Notes: generated by a model from the letters alone, not told the origin. 56,807 nt of DNA from Actinomycetes bacterium (GCA_021791675.1 JAJYWE010000011.1:1-56807); one strand, 5' to 3'; shown: positions 8,285 to 18,509, counted from the first letter of the stretch. Made by a program: numbers and translations.

Positions 8285-10716
8285 CGACCACCGCATCGCC
8301 GCCAGGCGGGCGAGCGCTGCCGGGACCGGCCGAGGTGGCCGCCGGTGAGGGTGCGGCGACGTCGGACCGGGCGCGCACCGGTGGCGGCCCGGGGGTGACC
8401 GGCGTGCGCTCCTCGAGGGCCGGTGAGCTCCGGGTCGTCGGCCAGGCTCTCGCCCGCCTCGACCAGGCCGAGAAGGTCGCCGGCACGACGCGCTACGCCG
8501 GGGACTTCGCGCTCCCGGGCATGGCACATGCACGCCTGGTCCGCTCTCCGCTCCCCTCCGCCCGGATCACCCGACGCGACGCCAGCAAGGCCCTCGCGCT
8601 TCCCGGGGCGCTCTGCGTCCTGTTCGGGGAGGACGTGCCGCACAACACGGTCTGGGTGGACGTGCCGGGCCAGACCGTCGAGGTGGCAGCGCTCAAGGCG
8701 AGCATGGAGGTGCTCGCCACGAGCCGCGTGCGCTTCCACGGCGAGCCGGTTGCCCTCGTGGTCGCCGAGTCCGAGGACGTCCTCGCCGAGGCGTGCGAGC
8801 TGGTGGAGATCGACTACGAGGAGCTCCCCGGCGTCTTCGATCCCGAAGCCGCGCTCGCGCCCGGGGCACCCGAGGTCCACGACGGGGGCAACCTCCTCGG
8901 CGAGTGGCGCATCGACCGGGGCGACTGCGACGCCGCCTTTGCGGGCGCGGCGGTCGTGGTGGAGGGCACCTACGAGACGCAGCTCGTCGACCACGCCTAC
9001 CTCGAACCCGAGGCCGGGGTCGGATGGCTCGACGACCACGGCGTCCTGACCCTCCGTGTTGCGACGCAGGTCGTGGAGCACTACCGGGACGTGGCCCGGA
9101 TCCTCGGGCTGCCCGAGTCCCGGGTCCGGGTGCTCGCCCCCTTCGTCGGCGGGGGCTTCGGCGGGAAGGAGGACATGACGGTCGAGCCCTACGTGGCGCT
9201 CGCCGTGCTCCAGACCCGCCGTCCGGTGCGCATGGTCTGGAGCCGGGGTGAGTCGCTGCTCGCCCGCCCGAAGCGCCACCCGGTCCGCCTCGCCTACCGC
9301 ACCGCCGCGGATCGGGAGGGGAACATCCTCGCCCAGGAGATCGAGATCCTCGCCGACTCGGGCGCCTATGCCTACCTGTCGGCACTCGTCCTCCTCTACT
9401 CCTCCGTGCACGCCTGCGGTCCGTACCGGGTGGCGAACGTGCGGCTGCGCGCGCGCTGCGCGTACACCAACAACCCCCCGACGTCGGCCTTCCGCGGCTT
9501 CGGGGGGATGCAGGTGGTCCTCGGCTACGAGTCGCAGATGGACCGGGTCGCCGACGCGCTCGGCCTCTCCCGGGTGGCGCTCCGCAAGCGGAACTCGCTC
9601 TCCCGCGGTGACGCCCTCCCGGTCGGTCAGGTCCTCGAGACCGAGGTCGCGCTGGCGGCGACGCTGGACGCCGCGCTCGCCGCGGCGGGGCCCAAGCCGG
9701 CGCCGTCGGGGCCGGGCCGTGCCGTCGGGCGGGGCATCGCCTCGAACCTCCAGTCCTACGGGCGCCTGGTCTGGCTCAACGACTCGGCGGCCGCATGGGT
9801 CGGTTTCCAGCTCGACGGCAGCGTGACGTTGCGCTGCGGGGTGCCGGACATCGGCGGGGGGCAGGCGTCCTCGCTGGCCCAGATCGCGGCCGAGGTGCTC
9901 GGCGTCTCGATGGAGCACATCACCGTCCACTTCGGTGACTCGTCTCTCACGCCGCTCGCAGGCACCACCACCGCCACGCGCCAGTTGCTCATGTCCGGGA
10001 ACGCCACCTACGGGGCGTGCTCGGCGCTCCGCGACCTGCTCCTCGCCGGGGTGGCCGCCGAGCTGGGCGAGCCCGTCGAGGGGCTCCGCCTCGAGCCGGG
10101 TGCGGTCGTCGGGGACGGGGTTCGCGTGCCGCTCGCCGAGGCCCTGGTCGCGTGCCGCCGTCAGAGCGTGCCGATCGAGGCGCTCGGGACCTTCTACGGA
10201 CCGAAGGGTCGCCCGGTCACGCGGGACCTGGACGCGACCAGGATCTTCCCCGACTTCACCTTCGGGAGCCACGTCTGCGACCTCGAGGTGGATCTGGAGA
10301 CGGGGCAGGTCGTGCTGCTCCGCTACGTCGCGGCGCACGACGTCGGTCGGGCGATCAACCCCCGCTCGGTCGAGGGCCAGATCAAGGGTGCGGTGGCGCA
10401 GGGCCTCGGGATGGCCCTCCTCGAGGAAGTGGTCGTCGAGGAGGGGGTCAACCTGACCGGGGGCCTGTTCCAGTACCTCGTGCCGACGGCCACGGACCTC
10501 CCGGAGATCGAGGCGGTCGTGCTCGAGTCGGGGGAGGGCATGGGACCCTTCGGCGCGCGAGGGATCGGCGAGCCGCCGATCGGGCCGCCGCTCGCGGCGG
10601 TGGCGAGCGCGCTCGAGGAGGCGACCGGCGTACGGCCGACAACGCTCCCCTTCACGCCGGAGCGGGTGCTCGCGTGCGTCGCCGCCAGCGCACCCGCGCG
10701 CGGGGCCCGACCATGA
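8281..10716 (+). CDS. Xanthine dehydrogenase family molybdopterin-binding large subunit
   Basis: HAYLEP, GGGFGGK, AFRGFGGMQ, DVGRAINP, EGQIKG, GARGIGE (catalytic Glu). Confidence 0.95.
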   Translation: MTTTASPPGGRALPGPAEVAAGEGAATSDRARTGGGPGVTGVRSSRAGELRVVGQALARLDQAEKVAGTTRYAGDFALPGMAHARLVRSPLPSARITRRDASKALALPGALCVLFGEDVPHNTVWVDVPGQTVEVAALKASMEVLATSRVRFHGEPVALVVAESEDVLAEACELVEIDYEELPGVFDPEAALAPGAPEVHDGGNLLGEWRIDRGDCDAAFAGAAVVVEGTYETQLVDHAYLEPEAGVGWLDDHGVLTLRVATQVVEHYRDVARILGLPESRVRVLAPFVGGGFGGKEDMTVEPYVALAVLQTRRPVRMVWSRGESLLARPKRHPVRLAYRTAADREGNILAQEIEILADSGAYAYLSALVLLYSSVHACGPYRVANVRLRARCAYTNNPPTSAFRGFGGMQVVLGYESQMDRVADALGLSRVALRKRNSLSRGDALPVGQVLETEVALAATLDAALAAAGPKPAPSGPGRAVGRGIASNLQSYGRLVWLNDSAAAWVGFQLDGSVTLRCGVPDIGGGQASSLAQIAAEVLGVSMEHITVHFGDSSLTPLAGTTTATRQLLMSGNATYGACSALRDLLLAGVAAELGEPVEGLRLEPGAVVGDGVRVPLAEALVACRRQSVPIEALGTFYGPKGRPVTRDLDATRIFPDFTFGSHVCDLEVDLETGQVVLLRYVAAHDVGRAINPRSVEGQIKGAVAQGLGMALLEEVVVEEGVNLTGGLFQYLVPTATDLPEIEAVVLESGEGMGPFGARGIGEPPIGPPLAAVASALEEATGVRPTTLPFTPERVLACVAASAPARGARP

Positions 10717-10845
10717 TTGCCGCCCCACGCTCCTGCCGATACGAGCTCCATTGCTGCTCGCGCCGTCATGCGGTTGGACATCCCGTCGATCGGCCACCCC
10801 GCACCGGGTGAGTCGGGCGCGACGCACGAATCAGGAGGACCTCTT

Positions 10846-11736
10846 GTGGCTGACTGCGATCCAGGAACCCCAGCAAGGCCACCCGCTCCGCCCCCCCGCG
10901 CTCTTCGAGTCGGACTCGTACAGTGGCGGAGTACCCCGGGCGAGCCGTCGGAGAATCTCGGCATGGCGATCCGTCTCGTGCACGCGGCGGCGGATCAAGG
11001 TGCGGATATCGTCTGCCTCCCGGAGCTCTGGGCATCTGGCTACGCGACCTCCAGTCTCGCCGAGGACGTACGTGCTGCGGCCGAGCCAATCCCCGGACCG
11101 AGATCGCGGCACTTGGCGGACCTCGCAAGAGCCCGCCGGGTGTGGCTCTTCGCTGGGAGTGTTCCCGAACTCTCAGCGGGGCGCCTCTTCAACACGATGC
11201 TCGTTCTCGACCGGTCGGGGAATCTTCGCCATATCCATCGCAAGACGCGCCTCTATCCCACGACGGGAGAGGATCGCATTTTCGCACCAGGAGACACGCT
11301 CTCGTACCTATCCGAGCCCGAGCTGGGTCGGATAGGCACGATGATTTGCTTCGAGGGAGACTTCCCGGAGAGTGGACGATGGATGCGGCGCCAAGGCGTG
11401 TCCATTGTCGTGCAGCCGAACGCGTACGAATACGAGGCAGGGCGGTACTGGGATTTGCTGTATCCCGCGTCCGCCCTCGTGAACGCTCTGTGGTTGATCC
11501 TCCCAAACCAATGCGGGGGACCGGAGGGGGAAACCCTGCTTGGTGGCAGCCGGATAGTCAGCCCAGATGGCACGGTTCTCGTGGAGGCACCGAGAGCGAG
11601 CCCAGGCCAGCTGTTGCCACCGAGCGTCATTGTCCGCGATCTCGTCGAGCGCGAGGAGTACGAGGAGGCGCGTGGTTTTGCAGGACTGCTCTCTTCGCGG
11701 GCGGAGCTCGTTCACTCCCCCGAGGAGTCCTCCTGA
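10846..11736 (+). CDS. Carbon-nitrogen hydrolase (nitrilase superfamily)
   Basis: Glu-Lys-Cys triad: CLPELW, HRKTRL, ICFEGDFPE; GTG start at 10846 after AGGAGG. Confidence 0.88.
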   Translation: MADCDPGTPARPPAPPPRALRVGLVQWRSTPGEPSENLGMAIRLVHAAADQGADIVCLPELWASGYATSSLAEDVRAAAEPIPGPRSRHLADLARARRVWLFAGSVPELSAGRLFNTMLVLDRSGNLRHIHRKTRLYPTTGEDRIFAPGDTLSYLSEPELGRIGTMICFEGDFPESGRWMRRQGVSIVVQPNAYEYEAGRYWDLLYPASALVNALWLILPNQCGGPEGETLLGGSRIVSPDGTVLVEAPRASPGQLLPPSVIVRDLVEREEYEEARGFAGLLSSRAELVHSPEESS

Positions 11737-11765
11737 GAAGAAGTGGCCGAGTATCGGAGGTGAGC

Positions 11766-12875
11766 ATGAGCAAGGTTCGCTCGAGGGCAGCGGTGCTCCG
11801 AGTGGAGGGTGGGCCGCTCGAGCTGGAGGAGATCCACTGGGACGACCCTCGGGATAACGAGGTAGGGGTCCGGGTGGTGGCCTGTGGGGTTTGCCACTCG
11901 GACTGGCACGCCGTGACGGGGGACTACCCCGTCACCTATCCGATACTCGTGGGACATGAGGGCACGGGGACTGTGGAACGAATTGGGTCCGCCGTCTCCC
12001 GGGTGCAGAGCGGCGACCCCGTGGTCCTCTCGTGGATGCCATCGTGCGGGCACTGCTCGTGGTGCGTACAGGGCCGGGGACACCTGTGCGACCGGGGGGC
12101 TCGGCTCCTGAGCGGCGAGAGGGACGATGGCACCACTCGCGCGACACTCTCGGACGGCACGCCGATCCGCCAGCTGTCCTTCCTTGGAGCGTTCAGCGAG
12201 TACATCGTCGTCCCTGAAGACGCGTGCATACCCGTTCCGAGGACCCTGCGTCTGGAGAGCCTCGCACCGATCGGCTGTCGCTTGCCGACCGGCTGGGGTG
12301 CAGTTACGAACGTTGCAGCCGTTCAGGAGGGTGAGAGCGCGCTCGTAGTCGGCCTTGGGGGCGTCGGTATTTCGGTGCTCCAGGGACTGCGCCACGCGGG
12401 AGCAACGGTCCGCATCGCTGCTGACGTGGCGGACAAGGAAGGCTTCGCGACAAGATTTGGCGCGACGCACTTCATCAACCTGAGCCGTGAGCCGCTGGAT
12501 CAGAGGGTCCGCCAGGTCTGCCCCGCCGGGGTTGACGTCGCGTTCGATGCTGTGGGCCGACCAGAGATCCAGGCGGCGTGCGTCGGGCTGACGACCAAGG
12601 GTGGCAGGACAATCCTTGTCGGTGTCGCGCCTCAAGGAGTGAAGAGCCTAGAAGCGGACCTGCAGAACGTGACGCTCTACGAGCGCTCAGTCCGGGGGGT
12701 CTGCTACGGAGGCGAGAGCCCCTTCAGCCTTGTACCGAAGCTCCTTGCACTGTATGAAGGGGGTCTCCTCGAGATCGAGGAGATGGTCACCAGGAGGTAC
12801 CACCTGGGCGAGGTCAATGAGGCGTTTGCAGACATGCTGAGCGGGAAAAATGTCTGCGGCACGATCGATTTCTGA
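11766..12875 (+). CDS. Zinc-dependent alcohol dehydrogenase (class III/NDMA-dependent-like MDR)
   Basis: CGVCHSD, GHEGTG, CGHCSWC...LC structural Zn site, GLGGVG; GGAGG RBS. Confidence 0.93.
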   Translation: MSKVRSRAAVLRVEGGPLELEEIHWDDPRDNEVGVRVVACGVCHSDWHAVTGDYPVTYPILVGHEGTGTVERIGSAVSRVQSGDPVVLSWMPSCGHCSWCVQGRGHLCDRGARLLSGERDDGTTRATLSDGTPIRQLSFLGAFSEYIVVPEDACIPVPRTLRLESLAPIGCRLPTGWGAVTNVAAVQEGESALVVGLGGVGISVLQGLRHAGATVRIAADVADKEGFATRFGATHFINLSREPLDQRVRQVCPAGVDVAFDAVGRPEIQAACVGLTTKGGRTILVGVAPQGVKSLEADLQNVTLYERSVRGVCYGGESPFSLVPKLLALYEGGLLEIEEMVTRRYHLGEVNEAFADMLSGKNVCGTIDF

Positions 12876-13395
12876 TGGGCTTCGCAAAGTGACCTGGCAG
12901 AAGCGCTCTCGATGGTGGGAGTGCTGTCAGGACTCGCCCGCGAGCCTGCGGACCCTCGGGGTCTCCGTCGGGGCCGGACGACCGCGAGACTGCGTGGCGG
13001 AGGTAGCCGCTCGGCACCGCCGACAGGGCGAGCAGCGGAGGGGGAGAGCGCATCGCGAGAACGTGCCGGCTGGAACCGGGGCACTCGTTCGCGACTCGAC
13101 TGCGCTCTCCAGGTACCCAGCCGTTCGTGGGGGACCTCGCCGGCTGTGGCGAGCGGCGCGGCGACGGTGTGTGGTGCAGCCCATGCGCCTGGGCTCGCCG
13201 ACAGCAGAAGCGTGCGGGTCGTCGCGAGCGAGTTCCTCCCTCGTGGCGGGTCACGCCGGGCTCGAACGTGCTCCATACCGCCGGTCGCCTCAGTGTGGGC
13301 GCCTGGCGGCTCTGTGAAGAACAAGGGAAACCACAACCAAGGGGCGGCTGGCCTTCGTGGCCGAGCACGGAGCCCGGATGAGGAGGGGGAGAGGC

Positions 13396-14838
13396 ATGGC
13401 AAGCGCCAAGCGAACTGAGGGTCGGCCTGCGCCGGGCGCATCCCGGGAGGCGGCAGGTCCGCGCGTGCTCGCGATCGAGACTCACACGATTGCGCAGATC
13501 CCCCCAGATGAGCGACACGGTCGCCCACGGGATCTCTTCACAGTGTGGTTCACCAGCAACCTGATGCCCCTCACGGTTGTGACGGGAGCCCTACTCACGG
13601 TCACCTTCAACCTGCCATTCTGGGCCGCTGTCGTCGCGGTGCTGCTCGGCAACCTCTTCGGTGGAGTGTTTGCCGCTCTGCACGCCGCCCAAGGGCCGCG
13701 GCTTGGCGTCCCTCAGATGATACAGAGTAGGGGTCAATACGGCACGCTAGGATCCGTTCTCGTGGTACTGGTGGCCGTCTTCATGTACCTAGGATTTTTT
13801 GCCTCGAACATGGTCCTTGGTGGGCAGGCCCTCCACGAGCTAGCAGGTGGGATAAGCGTCGACCTTGGCATCGTGTTCAGTGGGGTGGTAAGCCTGCTCA
13901 TCGTGGTATTCGGTTACGACCTGATCCACGGAATAAATCGGTGGTTTGCTCCAGTATTCGCGATCGTCCTGACCGCAGCGGTCGCCATCATGGTCATTCG
14001 TGGGCTGCCCGGAGACTTCCTATCTGCCGGACACTTCACCTTTGGTGGCTTCGTAAGTGCCGCCGTCGTTACTGGCGTCTTGTGGCAGATCGCTTACGCG
14101 CCGTATGTCTCTGACTACTCTCGCTATCTCTCGTCCACGGAGGGAGCAAGGCCGGCTTTCTGGAACTCGTATTTCGGCCTCGTGATTGGAAGTGTCGGGC
14201 CTATGCTGATCGGCGCGATGGTTGGTCGGATTTCCAGCAACCCCAACCAAGTAGCCGCGTTGCACGGCCTTGCTGCGCCCATTGGGTGGTTGGTGATGCT
14301 CGTCTTCGTGGTCGGCATCATGGATACAAACGCCATCAATGCCTATGGCGGGGTTCTCTGCTCTATTACCGTGGGCCAGACATTCCGGGAGGAGTGGCTG
14401 CCAGAAGCACGCACGCGAATTGCAGTTGTCGTAGTGTTTGTTGCGCTCACACTGATAGCGGCGCTAGAGTTCCAAGCTACATTTCTCAGCTCGTATCTCA
14501 ACTTCATTTCTCTATTGCTGTACCTTCTGATTCCGTGGACTGCTATCAATCTGGTGGACTACTACCTTGTCCGTCACGGTGAGTACGAGGTCGCGGAGTT
14601 CTTCCGGAAGGACGGCGGACGTTATGGCCGTGTCCAGTGGCCGAGTGTCGGGATGTACGTGTTGGGCTTCGTCGTCGAGATCCCGTTCATGAACACGACG
14701 TTGTATGAGGGACCAGTCGCGAGAGCTTTGGGAGGTACCGACATCTCGTGGCTGATCGGCTTGCTGGTCACGATTCCGGTGTACTATTTTGTCACGAGTT
14801 CCCGTCTCAAGGCGGCAAAGACGGCTTTGGCCAAGTGA
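13396..14838 (+). CDS. NCS1 purine-cytosine permease family transporter
   Basis: IPPDERHG, QGPRLGVPQMIQSRGQYG, YAPYVSDYSRY, PWTAINLVDYY, GTDISW; about 12 hydrophobic segments. Confidence 0.93.
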   Translation: MASAKRTEGRPAPGASREAAGPRVLAIETHTIAQIPPDERHGRPRDLFTVWFTSNLMPLTVVTGALLTVTFNLPFWAAVVAVLLGNLFGGVFAALHAAQGPRLGVPQMIQSRGQYGTLGSVLVVLVAVFMYLGFFASNMVLGGQALHELAGGISVDLGIVFSGVVSLLIVVFGYDLIHGINRWFAPVFAIVLTAAVAIMVIRGLPGDFLSAGHFTFGGFVSAAVVTGVLWQIAYAPYVSDYSRYLSSTEGARPAFWNSYFGLVIGSVGPMLIGAMVGRISSNPNQVAALHGLAAPIGWLVMLVFVVGIMDTNAINAYGGVLCSITVGQTFREEWLPEARTRIAVVVVFVALTLIAALEFQATFLSSYLNFISLLLYLLIPWTAINLVDYYLVRHGEYEVAEFFRKDGGRYGRVQWPSVGMYVLGFVVEIPFMNTTLYEGPVARALGGTDISWLIGLLVTIPVYYFVTSSRLKAAKTALAK

Positions 14839-15191
14839 ACCGAGAGGTTCTTCGGAGGCAGCCCCCGGCGTGGAAGTCCGGGGCCGACGAGTAGCGATCG
14901 GTTACGGACGCGCGCGGTGTGCGCGCGGCGCCCGAAGGGGACGGGCGCGTTCGCGACTCCGTGGCGTGGGGAGGGGGTGTGGGAGTCGGACCACTCCGGC
15001 CGGCTGGCGGCTGCCCGACCGGAGTGTCACCTGCAGGGGCTGTCGCGCCGGGAACGGACGGACGGGTCCCGGGACAAGGGAGGGAGCAGCGAGTGGAGGG
15101 CCAAAGACCTGCGTGGAGTGTGCGGCCGTCCCCGAGCGGGGGCCGGGGGGCGACCGAGCGTCGCCGATCAACACCGGAGCCGGCAGGGCAG

Positions 15192-17057
15192 ATGTGGGGC
15201 GGCAACAGCGGCTGGCGCTCGAGGACGTCGAGACCGACTCGGGGTGGTCGACTCGGTCGCTGGGCGGTGGCGTCGCTCGCCGCCTGCATCTCGCTCGCCG
15301 CCTGTGGCACGACCTCGCCCGCCAAGGGTGCGGCCCCGAGTGGCGGGACGCCTGTGACGGGTGGAACGGCCGTCTACGCCCACGAGGTCGGCGACAACTT
15401 CACCTGGATCTTCCCGATCCCGAACGCCACGAACCTCGAGGCCTGGGACCAGAACACCGCCTACGACTTCTGGCCCCAGCTCTACGCCCCGGGGGTGGGG
15501 ACGAGTCCCGACGTCAACGAGGCCGACAGCCTTGCGTACCCGCCGGTGTGGTCGAACGGGGACGCCACCGTCACGGTTCGCCTCCGTCACTACGTCTGGT
15601 CTGACGGCACGCCCGTTACGACGAAGGACGTGAAGTTCTTCTTCGAGCTCTACGACGCGAACAAGTCTCAGATCGGCACCTACATCCCCGGCGACCTGCC
15701 GGACAACGTGGCGAGTGTCGACTACGTGAGCCCGACCGAGTTCGTGATGCACCTCACCCATCGCGTCTCGCCGACGTGGTACCTGCTCAACCAGCTCAGC
15801 CTCATCGTCCCGCTCCCCGCGCAGTCCTGGGACCGGACGAGCATGTCCTCTCCCGCCGGGAGCGCCGCGGCCACGTCCGTCGGCGCAAAGGCGGTCTTCG
15901 CGTTCTTGAACAAGCAGTCCGAGACCGTGTCGACCTACGCGACGAACCCGCTCTGGCAGGTGGTGGACGGCCCCTTCCGGATCTCCGCGTACAACCCGGC
16001 CACTTTCCAGACGACCATGGTGCCGAACCCGCGCTACTCGGGCACGATCAAGCCGAGGCTCTCGAAGGTGGTGATGGAGACCTTCCCGAGCGACACCGCG
16101 GAGCTGGACGCGCTCCGCTCGGGACAGGTGGACTACGGCTTCCTCCCCTACTCGGACCTGGCGCTCAAGGGCTTGCTCGAGCGGGAGGGTTACACGGTCG
16201 CGCCGTGGATCGCCGAGTTCAACAACTACTGGGAGCTCGGCTACACGAGCCCCGTCTACGGACCGCTCGTCCGCCAGCTCTACCTCCGCCAGGCGCTGCA
16301 GCACCTGGTCGACGACCCGCTGTTCATGAACAAGGTGCTGCACGGGATCGGGGCGCTCATCTACGGGCCGGTGCCCTCGCTACCCGGGTCGAAGCTCGTC
16401 GACAGCACCGAGCGGAGCGATCCCGACCCGTACTCGGTCACCGCGGCCCGGGCGCTCCTGCTCGCCCACGGCTGGCGGCAGACCGGCCCCGGGGGCGTCA
16501 TGGTCTGCGCGCACCCGGGAACCGGTGGCGGGGAGTGCGGCGCAGGCATCGCAGCCGGCCGGCAACTTCAGCTCCTCATGATCTACATGACCGGGTACCC
16601 GACGATGGTGGCCGAGGCGGAGTCGTTCCAGAGCTCCGCGGCGCAGGCGGGGGTGAAGATCGTCTTCGAGCCGGAGAGCCAGACGACGATGTTCTCGAAC
16701 GGTGGCGTCTGCCCGCCTGGCCCGTGCAACTGGGGGATCGTGGCCTACGCGAACTACCTCTGGAACTACACCCAGACCGACGCCTACCCGACCGGCGGGA
16801 TCTACCTCCAGACGGGAAACTACTGGGGGGGTGGGTACTCCTCGCCGACGGCCGACAAGTTGATCGCCGCCACCCACACCGAGGCCGGCCTCGCACCGCT
16901 GTACGCCTACGAGAACTACGTGTCCCGGGACGTCGCTGGGCTCTGGGTGCCGGTCCGGGCGGATCGGATCTCGGTCGTGAAGGACACGCTCCGGGGGTGG
17001 GAGCCGCAGCAGATCTTCGCGAACCCGCTCCCGGCGCGCTGGTACGAGGTGCGCTGA
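15192..17057 (+). CDS. Family 5 ABC substrate-binding lipoprotein (OppA/DppA-like)
   Basis: Lipobox LAAC, WSDGTPVTTKDVKF, VVDGPFRI, YLRQALQHLVD; start codon uncertain. Confidence 0.9.
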   Translation: MWGGNSGWRSRTSRPTRGGRLGRWAVASLAACISLAACGTTSPAKGAAPSGGTPVTGGTAVYAHEVGDNFTWIFPIPNATNLEAWDQNTAYDFWPQLYAPGVGTSPDVNEADSLAYPPVWSNGDATVTVRLRHYVWSDGTPVTTKDVKFFFELYDANKSQIGTYIPGDLPDNVASVDYVSPTEFVMHLTHRVSPTWYLLNQLSLIVPLPAQSWDRTSMSSPAGSAAATSVGAKAVFAFLNKQSETVSTYATNPLWQVVDGPFRISAYNPATFQTTMVPNPRYSGTIKPRLSKVVMETFPSDTAELDALRSGQVDYGFLPYSDLALKGLLEREGYTVAPWIAEFNNYWELGYTSPVYGPLVRQLYLRQALQHLVDDPLFMNKVLHGIGALIYGPVPSLPGSKLVDSTERSDPDPYSVTAARALLLAHGWRQTGPGGVMVCAHPGTGGGECGAGIAAGRQLQLLMIYMTGYPTMVAEAESFQSSAAQAGVKIVFEPESQTTMFSNGGVCPPGPCNWGIVAYANYLWNYTQTDAYPTGGIYLQTGNYWGGGYSSPTADKLIAATHTEAGLAPLYAYENYVSRDVAGLWVPVRADRISVVKDTLRGWEPQQIFANPLPARWYEVR

Positions 17058-17766
17058 GGGATACCCGGAGACCCATCGGGGGGTGCGTCCACAGAGAGGC
17101 TCCAACCACAGCGCTCACGAGCACGCGATCCGGAATGCTTCCGTTCGGGTCCGGCTGCGTTTCCAACTCCCCGTGGTGGGGCGCGCTGCGATCGCCACTC
17201 GCGCCCCCGGGGACAGCCCAGCGCGCGCAGTGGAGCGCCGAGTTGGCGACCTCGGCTGACCGCCCGGGGGTGTGCAGCGCCGCTCGAGCGACACCACCAA
17301 TGGCTCGGCAGGAGACTGCCACCTCTCGGAGTCAGTCCTGGGCGACACGCGACGGTCCGGAGTGCTCGAAGCTCGAAGGGTGTGTCGAGGAGCACCTCCT
17401 GATCGAGGCCACCGCGTCGAGGGCGGCGGCAAGTGACGGCCGCGCCCGGCGCACGCCGGCGCGCCGCCGCTGTCCTCGCGACGAGTGTGGTTTGGGCGGC
17501 CCATTCGTGTTGTCCGCCGCCGGCGTCGAGGGTGATCTGCCGTCGACGCCGAAGCCGATGCGCCGGTACCGGGTGGTTCGTGCCGCGCCGGGGGCTGCGC
17601 ACCCCGCGATGCCGGAGCGCCGACATCGCCTGGTGACGCTCCTTGACGTTGTCGCTGTGCTCGACGACGCTACGACCGGAGCGGAGTCGGCGCGTGGGGT
17701 TGGCCAGTCCGGCAGTGGGGGAGCGAGTCGGCGGACCCGACGGGGAAGGACGGGAGGTGGATCGCG

Positions 17767-18486
17767 GTGGGAGACGCATCCGGCCCACGGGGGGAGCGAG
17801 ACGGGGCCCTCACTTGGCTGGTCGCAGGCGCAGTCGGGCTCGCCTTCGCGCTCTTCGTCCTCCCGGAGGTCCCCGGGGAGGGTTTCCTCGAGTTCCGCCC
17901 GCGTGCGCCACGTGGGAAGCTTTCCCTCACCGCGTTCGGGCCGACGGTGCGCTGGACGCCGACCGCGGTGCACGTCGCGCTCGTCGGCGAGCGCCTCCTG
18001 GCGGGCGGGATCTGGCTCTGGGTGCTCCGGTACCTCATCGTCCAGGTCGTGAAGGACCTGAACGAGTGGCGACGCCGGCCCGAGGCGGGCTCGATCGGAC
18101 TCTGGCGCCCGGCGCTCGAGCTCGTGGACCTGGCCGGCATCCTCGCGCTCGCCGACTTCCTCGCATCGAGGGCGGTCGGGCACCTCTTCCTCGTCGGAGC
18201 CGCCCGGCCAGCAGCCCTCTCCCCGGTCCAGGCGCTCTACTTCGCCGTGACCACCCTCTCCACCGTCGGGCTGGGCGATGTGCGCCCGGCGGATGATGCC
18301 GGGCGGATCCTCGTCACGGCGCAGGTCGCCATCGGGTTCGGAGTGGTCGCCATGACACTGCTCCCGACGCTCTCGGAGTTGCTCACCCGGACGAGCACGC
18401 GCGCCTCCACCGCGCCGAGCGAGCCACGCGAGCGCGCCGGTGCCGGCGCGGACCCGACCGTCGAACGCCCGAACGCAGCGCGCTGA
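17767..18486 (+). CDS. Potassium-channel family membrane protein (Ion_trans_2)
   Basis: ALYFAVTTLSTVGLGDVRP pore helix and filter followed by a TM helix; GGAGG RBS. Confidence 0.78.
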   Translation: MGDASGPRGERDGALTWLVAGAVGLAFALFVLPEVPGEGFLEFRPRAPRGKLSLTAFGPTVRWTPTAVHVALVGERLLAGGIWLWVLRYLIVQVVKDLNEWRRRPEAGSIGLWRPALELVDLAGILALADFLASRAVGHLFLVGAARPAALSPVQALYFAVTTLSTVGLGDVRPADDAGRILVTAQVAIGFGVVAMTLLPTLSELLTRTSTRASTAPSEPRERAGAGADPTVERPNAAR

Positions 18487-18509
18487 TCGCGGAGCCCGGC
18501 ACCCCGCCG

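Noticed and set aside
6771-10716. Aerobic CO dehydrogenase coxMSL
   Set aside because: The gene order fits, but the active-site loop is AFRGFG rather than AYxCSFR (form I) or AYxGAGR (form II).
17058-17766. Possible small gene or ncRNA in the 700-bp gap after the first SBP
   Set aside because: No ORF with typical codon bias or motif, and no recognisable RNA family.
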